Below are positions 24,805-34,083 of a DNA stretch of 39,519 bases, one piece after another. The translations under genes and the position numbers were made by a program. Each line of letters opens with the position of its first letter. The first letter of the stretch is position 1. The notes below the pieces were generated by a model, which was given only the letters and a program-made list of their open reading frames with translations, made no database searches and was not told the DNA's origin. Location of the stretch: positions 1-39,519 of IMG/VR virus record IMGVR_UViG_3300033067_001795. One strand, given 5' to 3'. The stretch comes from a virus (taxonomy: Duplodnaviria; Caudoviricetes).

Positions 24805-26355
24805 TCAGCCGACGTTGGTGATGGATCCCATCGCGAAGTTGGCGTAGACGCGCATGCAGCCGCGGAGGTCCATGCCCCATTCCTCGGCACGCTTTGCCAT
24901 CGCGAACGGGAGCAGGCGGTAGTCCCACGAGAGCGGCATATCGACGTTCTGACCGACATTCGCGCCCGCGTAGAACGGACCGAGGTTGAAGCACGGGGCG
25001 AGGATCGTGCCGGGCGGGAGCGTGGGGTGGACCGTCACGGGGACCTTCTGTCCCGTGTAGCGGTTCATCAGGTCCTTCACGCCGACCGTGCCGGTGATGC
25101 TGAGATCGCCGGCCTGAGCGTCGATGCGCAGCGTCGGAGCCGTCGAGCCCGCGACGAGCTTGTCGATCTTGTACTTCTCGGCGACGTTGACGAAGAGCTC
25201 CGAGGGGCCGGTCTTGTACAGGGTGTACATGGTCCGGAAGAGCGTGTCGATCTCGGTGACGGAGGAAGAGCCGTCCGCCGTGAGGGCCGCGCCGTTGAGC
25301 GAGTTGTAGTAACCCGCGTCGGTGTTCTCGCAGAACTGGATGAGGCCCGTGAAGTCGAGGCTGTTGCCGGTCTGGTCGACGGCGTTCGGGCGATTGCCGG
25401 AACCGGGGAGCGACGTGATCGTGCACTCGTTCACGTAGACGGTCGCGAAGTACTTGGCGCTCGCGATCGTGTTCGTGGTGCTGACGTACACGTTGTAGCC
25501 GACCGCTCCACGCTTGGCGGTCCAAGTGACCTTGCGCGCGTCGGAGCCCGCGCCGGAACCGGCCGTCGTGGTCGTGAAGCTCGTGGCCTGGGTGGTCTCG
25601 CCGGCGACGTCGGTCGAGGCGGTCACAGTGCCCTGGCCCTGAGCGCTGAGGCGGTAGCCCTGGAGCGTGAACGCGGTGATGAACACGTAGTGGGCCGTGG
25701 AGACGGCGAGGGTGCCGGTGGCGGCCGCGGGCTGCGTCGCAGCGTTGGCCATGCCGGCGACGTCGCCGAGCGCCGTGGGGTTGCCGCCCAGGAGGATGTC
25801 TTCCTCGGCCAGCTGGGTGGACTGGAGGAGGGAGAGGGACGCGAAGCCGCGGGCGTCGAAGTCCTGGCCGGGCGTGATCTGGCTGTTCGAGCCGAAGAGC
25901 GCCTCGGGCGTGAGCATCGTCTCCATCTCGATGCTCTTGAAGTTGTACGTCGTGTCGGCCTCGTCGAACGCGATCCGGCTGTTACGGCCGGTCGTGCTGT
26001 CGCTGGCCTCCGCGACGGAGCCCCAGATCTTGTTCTTGTTGATCGCCTTGATCTTCCGGAACGTCGTGGAGCTGCCACCGACGACGGGCCGCGGGAGGCG
26101 ATTCCGCAAGAGCGTGGGAACCGGATAGAGCAGCTTCGCCGGCGCCTCGAGCGGGAGGCCGAGGAGGCCGAGCCCAGTGGTGACGCCGATGTTTCCGGTC
26201 GCGTCCTTCTGGATGCGCCGGCCGCCCATCGTGAGATAGCCGTCCTCTCCGGAGAGGCTCTTCGCGAGCACTCCGAGAACGGTCTCCTGTTCGGTGGCGC
26301 TCAGGCCCGCCATGAGCGGGTGCGAGAGCGTCATCGGATACTGATTTCGCGGCAT
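24805..26355 (-). CDS. Major capsid protein with an internal Ig/FN3-like insertion (516 aa)
   Basis: Follows the protease; LEAPAKLLYPV..LRNRLPR and EEDILLGG segments; strong SD GAGGA; downstream terminator. Confidence 0.85.
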   Translation of the reverse strand: MPRNQYPMTLSHPLMAGLSATEQETVLGVLAKSLSGEDGYLTMGGRRIQKDATGNIGVTTGLGLLGLPLEAPAKLLYPVPTLLRNRLPRPVVGGSSTTFRKIKAINKNKIWGSVAEASDSTTGRNSRIAFDEADTTYNFKSIEMETMLTPEALFGSNSQITPGQDFDARGFASLSLLQSTQLAEEDILLGGNPTALGDVAGMANAATQPAAATGTLAVSTAHYVFITAFTLQGYRLSAQGQGTVTASTDVAGETTQATSFTTTTAGSGAGSDARKVTWTAKRGAVGYNVYVSTTNTIASAKYFATVYVNECTITSLPGSGNRPNAVDQTGNSLDFTGLIQFCENTDAGYYNSLNGAALTADGSSSVTEIDTLFRTMYTLYKTGPSELFVNVAEKYKIDKLVAGSTAPTLRIDAQAGDLSITGTVGVKDLMNRYTGQKVPVTVHPTLPPGTILAPCFNLGPFYAGANVGQNVDMPLSWDYRLLPFAMAKRAEEWGMDLRGCMRVYANFAMGSITNVG

Positions 26356-26364
26356 GTTGATTCC

Positions 26365-27639
26365 TCAGCCCTGGGCCGCTTTGGCCCGGGCCAGTGAGAC
26401 GCGGAGCTGAGCCTGTGTCTCCGGGTTGCTCTCGCGATCGAGCATCCGCTGGAGGGTTTCGACTTCAGACGCGCCGGTGCCGAGGGTCCGCCTCTGCTCG
26501 GGGCTGTCACGCCGGAACGGGCCGCCGGGGACAGGCTGAGCCGCGATGACGTCGACGGTCTCACGCAGGGCCTTGAGCTGGTCGCCCAGCTCGCCCAGCG
26601 TCTTCGAGATCCGTCCCTCGGTCTCCGAGGTCGCCTTGGTGATGGGGGTGAGGTCGAGCGCGATGGGCTCGGCCGCCGGGGTCGGGGCGGGCGTCGCCGC
26701 GGCGGCCTTCGCGAGGAGGGTCCGCACGAGACGCGCCGTGCCGGTCCGCTCGAGGAGCTGGCCGCGCTCGCCCTTCGCCGCGAGAGCGATCTCGTCGGGC
26801 GTGGGCATCGAGAGCTCGGCAGCCTCCTCGCCAACGAACTCGCGCATGGCCGCGATCGCTCGATCGAGGATCGCGACGTCATTGTTCGCGGCGTCGCCCT
26901 CGGCGGCCTCGGCCGAGCGGAGGTAGGCGAGCGAGCGAAGGATCCCGATCGCGTCGGCAAGGTCGTCGAGGTCGGTGCCGTAGGTGCCGTAGTGCTTCGC
27001 GACCGGCTTCTCGACGGGCGCGGCCGCGGCGGCCTTCTCGAGCTCCGCCTTCTCGGCCGCCGCCTTCTCGACTTCGGCCTTTTCCTCGTCGGCCTTCTTC
27101 TTCTTCGCGTCGGCGTCTTCCTCGTCGGTGTCGAGCACGTCGCTCGAGCCGTCCGCCTTCACGAGCTTGATCCCGTTCGTATCGGGGTTCGAGCCGACGT
27201 CGACGACGGAGAGCTCATCCATGAGCCACTTCGTCACGCGCTCGAACGGCTTGCCGTTCGCGGCCTTCTCCATCCGCAGTTCGGTCGCGACGCCGTGAAC
27301 GCTGAAACCGCCCAGCGTGCCGTCGAGGATCTTGGCCTGGGTGTCCTGCGCGCCCGCGGAGATGAACGCCCGCACGAGGATCGAGCGGGCCGCGTCGTCG
27401 TGCGTGATCTCGAGCGCGCGACCGACCGCCTTCTTCGGATCGTGCTGCTCGCGGATGTTCCCCTTCCAGACCATGAAGGCCTGTTTCGAGGCGTCGTAAT
27501 CGAGGACCGTGCCGTCCCCGTCGAGGGCTTCGCTGGTCGCGCAGCCTTCGACGACGAGGCGCCCGTCCTCGAGCTTCTCGGTCCGCGTGATGGGGAGGCC
27601 GGCGCGGAACGTGCTGCCGAGTTTCTGTGCTCTGAACAT
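26365..27639 (-). CDS. Prohead protease/scaffold (HK97-like)
   Basis: NIREQH, GGFSVHG, ELSVVDVGSNP; charged coiled-coil C-terminus. Confidence 0.88.
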   Translation of the reverse strand: MFRAQKLGSTFRAGLPITRTEKLEDGRLVVEGCATSEALDGDGTVLDYDASKQAFMVWKGNIREQHDPKKAVGRALEITHDDAARSILVRAFISAGAQDTQAKILDGTLGGFSVHGVATELRMEKAANGKPFERVTKWLMDELSVVDVGSNPDTNGIKLVKADGSSDVLDTDEEDADAKKKKADEEKAEVEKAAAEKAELEKAAAAAPVEKPVAKHYGTYGTDLDDLADAIGILRSLAYLRSAEAAEGDAANNDVAILDRAIAAMREFVGEEAAELSMPTPDEIALAAKGERGQLLERTGTARLVRTLLAKAAAATPAPTPAAEPIALDLTPITKATSETEGRISKTLGELGDQLKALRETVDVIAAQPVPGGPFRRDSPEQRRTLGTGASEVETLQRMLDRESNPETQAQLRVSLARAKAAQG

Positions 27640-27675
27640 GTGCGAAGCCCTCTCTGTTAGCTGTTCGAAACGGGG

Positions 27676-28437
27676 TTAGCGGTCGCCGCTGGGGCCGAGG
27701 GAGGGCTGCGTCAGGAGCGCCTCTCGGGCGTCCTCCATCGGCGCGTAGACGTCGGCGTAGTCACCCGAGAAGAGCGAGGCGATGCCGCCCGCACAGACGA
27801 CGAGCGCCACCTCGAGCTTGACCTTCGCCCATGCCGGGTGGATCCCGGGCGACGTGGGGCCCGCGTACTCCGGATCGAACCGGCGGCGGATCGCGTAGAC
27901 CTCCTTGGCGACCTGGTCGGGCACGAGGCCGTTACCAGCCCAGCCCACAGGCGCCCAGCCGGGAGCGCCGACGTTGTCGAGGTCGAGACGCCGGACGGCT
28001 TCCGCGGGGTCGCGAGTCGGCGCGTACGGGGCATTCGTCAGGGGATCGATCGGGTTCCCGTTCGGGACTTCGGGCGGGGCGACGGGATGCACGAACGGCA
28101 CGCCGAGGAGGCTCCACACACGGAACGCCGCACCACCATCATGCTCACCGACCGCGAAGGACCCGGCCTCGTTCTCGCTCGCGAAAGTCGTTTTGATTTC
28201 CTCCTCCGTACGGCCGCGCAGGAGCGCACCGAGGATGCCGCCGGGCCAGGCCGCGGAGAGGCGGGAGAGCACGCTGTCGCCGGACGTACCGCGCGCGACG
28301 AGGTTCGTCAGGAAGAGCACGACGCCGTCGAAGGCCGCGCGCAGGTGAGCGGGGATCGAGATGGCGCCCTTCACGGGGAGCTCCTCGGAGTCCGTCGCTG
28401 AGTCGTTGGGTCGGTCGAGGGTCTTTTTGTTCGCCAT
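27676..28437 (-). CDS. Hypothetical protein (253 aa)
   Basis: ATG with SD AAAGGA; no recognisable motif. Confidence 0.7.
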   Translation of the reverse strand: MANKKTLDRPNDSATDSEELPVKGAISIPAHLRAAFDGVVLFLTNLVARGTSGDSVLSRLSAAWPGGILGALLRGRTEEEIKTTFASENEAGSFAVGEHDGGAAFRVWSLLGVPFVHPVAPPEVPNGNPIDPLTNAPYAPTRDPAEAVRRLDLDNVGAPGWAPVGWAGNGLVPDQVAKEVYAIRRRFDPEYAGPTSPGIHPAWAKVKLEVALVVCAGGIASLFSGDYADVYAPMEDAREALLTQPSLGPSGDR

Positions 28438-28492
28438 TTGGAGTCCTTTCGATGTGGTTCGTGCGGGTCGCCCCCGCGTGGGCGTCTGTGGG

Positions 28493-28927
28493 TTAACGGG
28501 CGAGGTCTGCGCCGGTGCGGGAACAGCCGAGGTTGCAACCGTTAGGCCGCCCCGCTGCGGTGCATGCGGCGTTGCGCTGCGCCTGCGTCAGGGCTCTCCA
28601 CGCCACACAGTCGGCCGCGTTGTCGGTGGCCGTGACCTGATCCACTCGCGAGAGGAGCGCGTCCACGAGGAGCGAGCGAGCCCACGCGTTGACCGTGGCG
28701 TACACGGTGCCGCGCGCGCCGCCTGTCGTGGCCTGCGCGTTGGTGCATGTGGGCGGAAGGCCCACGGATGCGCAAACCTGCGTGTTATGCGCGAGAAGTG
28801 CCCGGGCGGCAGAGGCGTCGAGATCGGCCACGCCTGCGGACTGAGCCTGCGCGGTGGTGATCGTGGCCGTGATGTCCGCAGAGAGCGGCGCGGCGAGGAG
28901 TGCGAGTGCGATGACGAGTGCTTTCAT
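28493..28927 (-). CDS. Secreted Cys-rich protein (144 aa)
   Basis: SD AGGAG; signal peptide MKALVIALALLAAPLSA/D; six Cys. Confidence 0.8.
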   Translation of the reverse strand: MKALVIALALLAAPLSADITATITTAQAQSAGVADLDASAARALLAHNTQVCASVGLPPTCTNAQATTGGARGTVYATVNAWARSLLVDALLSRVDQVTATDNAADCVAWRALTQAQRNAACTAAGRPNGCNLGCSRTGADLAR

Positions 28928-28935
28928 TGTGGCTC

Positions 28936-31311
28936 CTAGTAGAGTGCGGTCCATGCGTAGGCGTCAGCCGCATCCTTGCGACAGATCTCGTAGGTGTCTG
29001 CGACACCGGCGCCACCCGCGTCGTACCAGACCTGGCCTCTGTGGGCCGCGTCACAAGTGGGCTTGGTGCCGGTGTCCACGAGCTGGATCGTCCCAACATT
29101 GTGTTGGCCGTAGGTGGTCCCCGCGCCGTAGACGCCGAGCTGCCCGGCTGCGTCGCGGACAAGCTGCGTATCCGGTGTGTCGCGAGCGCCCCAGATAATC
29201 TCGCCAGTTGTGCCGGGAAGCTGGAGGGTGGCCTGTCCAAGAAAACTTGCCGCGTACATTGCCGTCCCACCGGCAGACACTTGATCGCCTGCGTTGACCT
29301 GGCCAGCGGCGGAAACCTGTGACGCTCTTAGGGTGACGAGTGGACTCCCCTCGGCGGAGCCGCTCGTTATCGCGAACCCGCCCCAGCGAGAAGGGTCAGA
29401 CGTGACGAGACAGTAGACGTTCGGCGGCGATTGGCTGTCTGTGAAGCACAACTTACGGCCATTCACCGGCTCTGAGGAGTCGTATTTGCCGACGTGATAC
29501 GACAGGTCCGTATCCCCCGCCGCCGTCGCGCCCGTCGCCTGAAGGATGCGCCCGGTCGTCAGCCCGGAGAGCAGCCCCGCCGGAGTCGCCCACGTCGTAT
29601 CGCCGCGCCAGAACGTCGAGGCCGAAGCCGACGTCCCACTATTCAGGTTCGTCACCGGCAGGTTCCCCGTCACCTCACTCGCGAGATTCACGGCCGTGCC
29701 AGCGCTCCATGTGTCGGTCGCCGTCCTCCGCACGATCCCCGTCGACGAGAGGCCCTCCACGGCGGCCAGGTCGTTCGCCAGGCTCAGCGTCGGATTGCCC
29801 GCGGCACCGGTCCCGTCCGCCACCGTGATGCCCGCGGCGGGTGCCACGAGCGTCCGCGCAGCGAACGCGGCCGTTCCGGTACGCGACAGGAGGCCCGCTG
29901 TGGCCGGGAGGCCAGCGATCGCAGCGAGGTCGAGGTCGTAGCCCTGCACCTGCACGTTGACGTCGCCCAGCACGAGGCACGTCGGGCACGTCAGGGTGAG
30001 GTTCGCGCTCAGCGCCCCGCCACCGTCGAGAGGCGACGACGTCGAGATGGTGCGCGACGTCTGCACCGCGTTGGCCACGCGCGTGTCGTTGCCCTCTGTG
30101 GCCGTTCCCGCAGTCGTGCCGAACGAGACAGCGAACGAGCGATCGGCCGCGAGGGTCCCGCCGCCCGTGAGCCCGGTTCCGGCCGTGAGCGTCCGGCCTG
30201 TTCCGACGACACTCGCCGAGTCGCTCGGGCTCTGCGAGAGGGTCACGTCGGTGCGGGTCGCGCCCGCGTTGTCGACGGCCGTGAGGGCCGTGCCCGCGAA
30301 GTTGATGATCGCGCGCTGCGTGAGCCCGGTACCCTCTTCCTGGACAGTGGCGTATCCGCCGCCTCCACCGCCCGAACCGTTCGCGGCCGCGGTGATTCGC
30401 CCGGCCGCGTCGACGGTGATGTTCGCGGACGTGTACGAGCCCGCCGTGACGGCCGTCGCGGGGAAGTCGGCTGCGACCAGGGCGCGGAACGTGGGTGCCG
30501 CGGCCGCGCCCGTAGTGGGCCCGGCCCATACGCGATTCGCCACCTGCGTCGCGAGATCGAGGGCCAGCGTGCCCGAGCTGGTCACCGGCGAGCCCGTCAC
30601 CGAGAAGATCGAGGGGGCAGTGATCGCGACGCTCGTGACCGTCCCGGCCCCCGCTCCAACGGCGACGGCCTGGAGGCGGAAGCACGAGCACGTCAGGTCG
30701 TAGACGTACGCCTGATTGTTCGTCGGCGTCCCGGTCTGGATCGGCACGCCACGGAAGCCGACGACGCGGGGGTTCGGGCTCGCGCCCGTGAGGTCGCCAC
30801 CGAGGCTCGGGCCCGCGGTCGAGAGGATCGTCGCCGGCGTGAGCGTCCCGCGCGCGAAGAGCGTGAGGCTCGTGAACGCGACCGTCGAGAGCGCGGGGAT
30901 CGTGACGTCATGCGCGATCGAGGCGACTGGGATGTCGACCTGAGCGCTCAGGCCCTGGACCATCGTGAGCGACCAGTTGCCCGAGGCGTCCGTCTTCGTC
31001 GTCAGGTCCTGCGTCGCGTAGGCCACGCCGCCCACAGTCGGGCCAACGGTGCGCATCCGCACCACGGCGCCGACGACGGGCGAACCGCCCCCACCGAGCA
31101 CGGTGCCGCTGATCACGCACGTGGCGGGGACCTGGGCGAAGGCCGGGATGCACGAGAAGGTCACGAGGCAGGCCAGGAGGAGCACGCCGATCGCGAGCGT
31201 GAGGCGCGCGACGGGAGCGGGGCGAGTCCCGGTGTAGTGCCGCTCGCTGCGTGTGCGCCCGTAGTGGCGCTGCCGAAGCATGACGGCCGTGGCGTTCGTG
31301 ATCGCGCTCAT
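28936..31311 (-). CDS. Tail-fibre-like protein with an N-terminal signal peptide (791 aa)
   Basis: ATGA overlap at 31308-31311; h-region [24 protein letters not shown]; G/T/A-rich fibre motifs [55 protein letters not shown]. Confidence 0.8.
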   Translation of the reverse strand: MSAITNATAVMLRQRHYGRTRSERHYTGTRPAPVARLTLAIGVLLLACLVTFSCIPAFAQVPATCVISGTVLGGGGSPVVGAVVRMRTVGPTVGGVAYATQDLTTKTDASGNWSLTMVQGLSAQVDIPVASIAHDVTIPALSTVAFTSLTLFARGTLTPATILSTAGPSLGGDLTGASPNPRVVGFRGVPIQTGTPTNNQAYVYDLTCSCFRLQAVAVGAGAGTVTSVAITAPSIFSVTGSPVTSSGTLALDLATQVANRVWAGPTTGAAAAPTFRALVAADFPATAVTAGSYTSANITVDAAGRITAAANGSGGGGGGYATVQEEGTGLTQRAIINFAGTALTAVDNAGATRTDVTLSQSPSDSASVVGTGRTLTAGTGLTGGGTLAADRSFAVSFGTTAGTATEGNDTRVANAVQTSRTISTSSPLDGGGALSANLTLTCPTCLVLGDVNVQVQGYDLDLAAIAGLPATAGLLSRTGTAAFAARTLVAPAAGITVADGTGAAGNPTLSLANDLAAVEGLSSTGIVRRTATDTWSAGTAVNLASEVTGNLPVTNLNSGTSASASTFWRGDTTWATPAGLLSGLTTGRILQATGATAAGDTDLSYHVGKYDSSEPVNGRKLCFTDSQSPPNVYCLVTSDPSRWGGFAITSGSAEGSPLVTLRASQVSAAGQVNAGDQVSAGGTAMYAASFLGQATLQLPGTTGEIIWGARDTPDTQLVRDAAGQLGVYGAGTTYGQHNVGTIQLVDTGTKPTCDAAHRGQVWYDAGGAGVADTYEICRKDAADAYAWTALY

Positions 31312-31691
31312 GAGGTCGCCTTCGTCACGTCGGGCTCGACACGCAGCGTGCCGGTCTCCAACGTCGTGATGACGCCCGTCGATTCCTTCAACTGGACGTC
31401 GTAGAACCACGTAACGCCGGCGTCCGGAACGCTCGACGTCGCCGCGGTGTTGAGCTTCACGGTCACCTTCCCGTTGGCCGCTGGCGACTCGATGAGGATC
31501 TCGCCCGCGGCCACGGCACCCGTCGCGGTATCGAGCTGGAACACGCCGGGGTCCGCATCAGAAAGAGCGGCCTTCGCCGTGAACCAGAGCTTCGCGCCGC
31601 TCAAGTCGATCGCCACGCCGTTTCGCGTGCACTCGAGGTAGAGGCGCCACGTGTCGGAGCGGACCATTCCGCGGGCTACGCCAACGGCCAT
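31308..31691 (-). CDS. BppU N-terminal-like fibre adaptor (127 aa)
   Basis: [13 protein letters not shown]...WFYDVQL...[14 protein letters not shown] pattern. Confidence 0.65.
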   Translation of the reverse strand: MAVGVARGMVRSDTWRLYLECTRNGVAIDLSGAKLWFTAKAALSDADPGVFQLDTATGAVAAGEILIESPAANGKVTVKLNTAATSSVPDAGVTWFYDVQLKESTGVITTLETGTLRVEPDVTKATS

Positions 31692-32017
31692 CAGCTGCTC
31701 ACTCTCGTCGCGGCGACCGCGAGGTTCTCGGCCGAAGTCGCTACCGCGAGGTTCTCGTTGACCGCTGCGAACGCGAGCCCGGGCGTCTCGGCAGGGCGCG
31801 GGCCCATCGGCGCGTCCTGGGCGGTGTCGGACGTGTCGACGCTGCGCGCGACGGCCATGTCTGCGGCGGGCAGCTCGCCGAGCGACTGCACGAGCACGAG
31901 CACGGCGACGCTCGACGCGAGAGCCGAGACGCTGGCGGCGAACCGCACCGGCATCGCGAGCGCGCCGCTACCGGACGCAAGCGCCTTCGTGTACGCGACG
32001 AGCGCGACGGCCGCCAC
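31691..32017 (-). CDS. Ala-rich hypothetical protein (108 aa)
   Basis: 1-bp overlaps at both ends; ENLAVA duplicated. Confidence 0.55.
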   Translation of the reverse strand: MAAVALVAYTKALASGSGALAMPVRFAASVSALASSVAVLVLVQSLGELPAADMAVARSVDTSDTAQDAPMGPRPAETPGLAFAAVNENLAVATSAENLAVAATRVSS

Positions 32018-32430
32018 TAGTCGAGCCCCAGCACGAGCGCGCCCGTCGCGAAGCTCGGCGTGTCGGTGTTCGCCACAACCTTCGAGGTCGTGAGAAGGCC
32101 GGTGAAGATGAGGTTGCCGCCCGAGCTCGCGTCGTAGATTCCCCAGCCCACCACGGTCCCCCAGTCGGCCGTTGCGGTCGGGAAAGTAATCGCCGCCCCG
32201 CTGGCTTTCGACGCGACCAGAGAGCCCGTGGAGGCCGGGAAGTTCGTCGTGTTGTTGGTGACCGAGACGCGGGCGTACGAACCGCCCGTCACCTCGGTGC
32301 CGCCGGCACCGGCGTCGTCGGGCATGACGGTGAAGAGCGCGAAGTAGAGCGGCGTGGGCGGGGTCCAGGCCGTGGCGCCGAAGATCTGATCCAACAGCTT
32401 CTTGGCGGCGTAGGCCGAGAACGCGCTCAC
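32017..32430 (-). CDS. Small virion structural/fibre-associated protein (137 aa)
   Basis: LYFALFT...GTEVTGGSYAR...ITFPTATADWGTV...IYDASSGGNL, a pattern common beside phage fibre genes. Confidence 0.7.
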   Translation of the reverse strand: MSAFSAYAAKKLLDQIFGATAWTPPTPLYFALFTVMPDDAGAGGTEVTGGSYARVSVTNNTTNFPASTGSLVASKASGAAITFPTATADWGTVVGWGIYDASSGGNLIFTGLLTTSKVVANTDTPSFATGALVLGLD

Positions 32431-32780
32431 GGCTGTACACCCAGCTTGATGAGCACCTTGTCGGTGCGGCGACGCGTCTCCTTGAGCTCGTTCTCGATCG
32501 AGTCGAGGCGGCGGGCCCACTCACTGTCGATGCGGTTCTGGAGGCTCCGAAACTCTTCACGCGAGACGTAGCTCCCGCGCGTGCGCTCTTCCGACGTCGA
32601 GATCGCTTCCGTGATCTGAGCCTTCAGCCACGGGGCGGCGAGCGTCCCGGCCAGCATGATCGCGCCGCCCACCGTCGCGAAGAGCTTGAGCATCGAGACC
32701 ACGCCAACGTCCTCGCGCCGGATCCTCGGCATGCTCTCGCCGCTCTCGGTGTTCTCGGCCTGCTCGCGATTCGCGCTCAC
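32427..32780 (-). CDS. Single-TM plus coiled-coil protein (117 aa; i-spanin-like topology)
   Basis: LFATVGGAIMLAGTLAAPWL followed by heptads and YVSREEF. Confidence 0.6.
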   Translation of the reverse strand: MSANREQAENTESGESMPRIRREDVGVVSMLKLFATVGGAIMLAGTLAAPWLKAQITEAISTSEERTRGSYVSREEFRSLQNRIDSEWARRLDSIENELKETRRRTDKVLIKLGVQP

Positions 32781-33079
32781 CGAACCACCGTGTTCTTCCG
32801 CTTGCGCTCGTACGCGCCCCACGCACCGAGCACGGCCATGACGATCGAGAGGAAGCTCGGGTTCTCCTGCGGCCCGACCTGGCGCACCACTTCGACGAGG
32901 ATCGAGTTGGCGACGTCGGCCGCGCCGGCCAGGGCCGTGAGGCACGAGATGAGGAAGGCGGGGTCCTGCCACCACAGCCGCGTCTCCACGGCCACGACAG
33001 GCGCAGGCGGGGGCGCACCCGCGGGCTCAGCCTTCGGCACCGTGACGTTCTGCGGAGGGGCGGCAGGACGCTTCTTCAC
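32777..33079 (-). CDS. Holin-like membrane protein (100 aa)
   Basis: WWQDPAFL followed by two hydrophobic helices; basic C-terminus RKRK. Confidence 0.6.
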   Translation of the reverse strand: MKKRPAAPPQNVTVPKAEPAGAPPPAPVVAVETRLWWQDPAFLISCLTALAGAADVANSILVEVVRQVGPQENPSFLSIVMAVLGAWGAYERKRKNTVVR

Positions 33080-33366
33080 CGAGCGCCTCCGGCGATCGTC
33101 GTACCCGCGAGGGCGGCCGCCATGGCGTCGAGCGAAGCGGCCTCGACCTTCAGGCCCTTCGTCGCGAGCGCCTTCTCGACGTCCTCCTCGCTGAACTCCG
33201 CGGGGAGGTCGGGGAGAAGCGCCGTGAGCGTGTCGACGCCGAAGCGGCCGACCATCGGCGCGATCGGCCCGCCGAACTGCATGAGCCCGGCCTTGAGGAG
33301 CCCGGCGCCGATCGGCGAGCGAGCGAACGAGAGGAGCCCCTGCGCGAGCGTCTTGAGAACCTTCAC
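33076..33366 (-). CDS. Amphipathic/hydrophobic hypothetical protein (96 aa)
   Basis: SD AAGGAGG; PIGAGLLKAGLMQFGGPIAPMVG. Confidence 0.65.
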   Translation of the reverse strand: MKVLKTLAQGLLSFARSPIGAGLLKAGLMQFGGPIAPMVGRFGVDTLTALLPDLPAEFSEEDVEKALATKGLKVEAASLDAMAAALAGTTIAGGAR

Positions 33367-34079
33367 CGGCTCACCTCCTTGTCCAGGGCGCGAAGCTCAG
33401 GGGGCGGTGACGCTGCAATCCCCGATGCTGCGAACGTGCGCCACAGCGCGTACGCGTGATCGAGGAGCGTGGCGATCGCGGCCTTCAGGTCCTCGGGCTT
33501 CGAGGTCCCGGCGTCGACCCCTCGTCGAATCGCGTTGGCAGCACGGACGCCGTCATAGAGCGCGTTCACCGGCTTGGCCAGCTCGGTCAGGGTCCACGGG
33601 TTGACGAGGATTGGGCGGTTCAGAAGCTTGCAGCGCGCGTCGATCGTCGGCCAGTTCTCGACGGTCAGGGGCGGGAGCGGCTGGCTCGCAGCGTTCGCGG
33701 CCTTCCCACAGTCCTCGGCCGCGGCGAGGTTCGCGGCCTTCGCGTCGTTGTAGACGTGGGCCGCGCTGTCCTGGATGTCGTTCGCCACGACGATCGCCCG
33801 TTTCGCGTCGAAGCCCGAGCAGCCCGTCGCGAGGAAGGCGAGGACGAAGAGGAGCGGGAACACGAGCTTGTGCTCGATGCCGTTCCGCACGAGCGTCACG
33901 GTCCGGGTCGCGTCGTCCATCGCGGTGACGTGGCCGGTGATCTTCCGGCCCGCTTCGCCGGGCACGTCGAGCAGGGCGCTGAGACCGGGCGCGACGCCCT
34001 GGGCCTTGAGCTCGGGGTAGGAGCCGGGCGCGGGCGGGGCGCTCGGGGCGACGTAATCGGATTTCAGTTCCTTCGCCAT
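33363..34079 (-). CDS. Putative lipoprotein with an N-terminal extension (238 aa)
   Basis: ATG 34079 with SD GAGGAGG; HKLVFPLLFVLAFLATG/C lipobox at Cys87. Confidence 0.7.
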   Translation of the reverse strand: MAKELKSDYVAPSAPPAPGSYPELKAQGVAPGLSALLDVPGEAGRKITGHVTAMDDATRTVTLVRNGIEHKLVFPLLFVLAFLATGCSGFDAKRAIVVANDIQDSAAHVYNDAKAANLAAAEDCGKAANAASQPLPPLTVENWPTIDARCKLLNRPILVNPWTLTELAKPVNALYDGVRAANAIRRGVDAGTSKPEDLKAAIATLLDHAYALWRTFAASGIAASPPPELRALDKEVSR

Positions 34080-34083
34080 TGGG

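Noticed and set aside
19921-27673. 13-bp repeat CTGTTCGAAACGG at 19921 and 27661
   Set aside because: Only two copies, one inside coding sequence; matches of this length are expected by chance in 40 kb
16515-27843. IHPAW shared by the endolysin and the 253-aa orphan
   Set aside because: Five residues with no flanking similarity and no zinc-ligand spacing in the orphan
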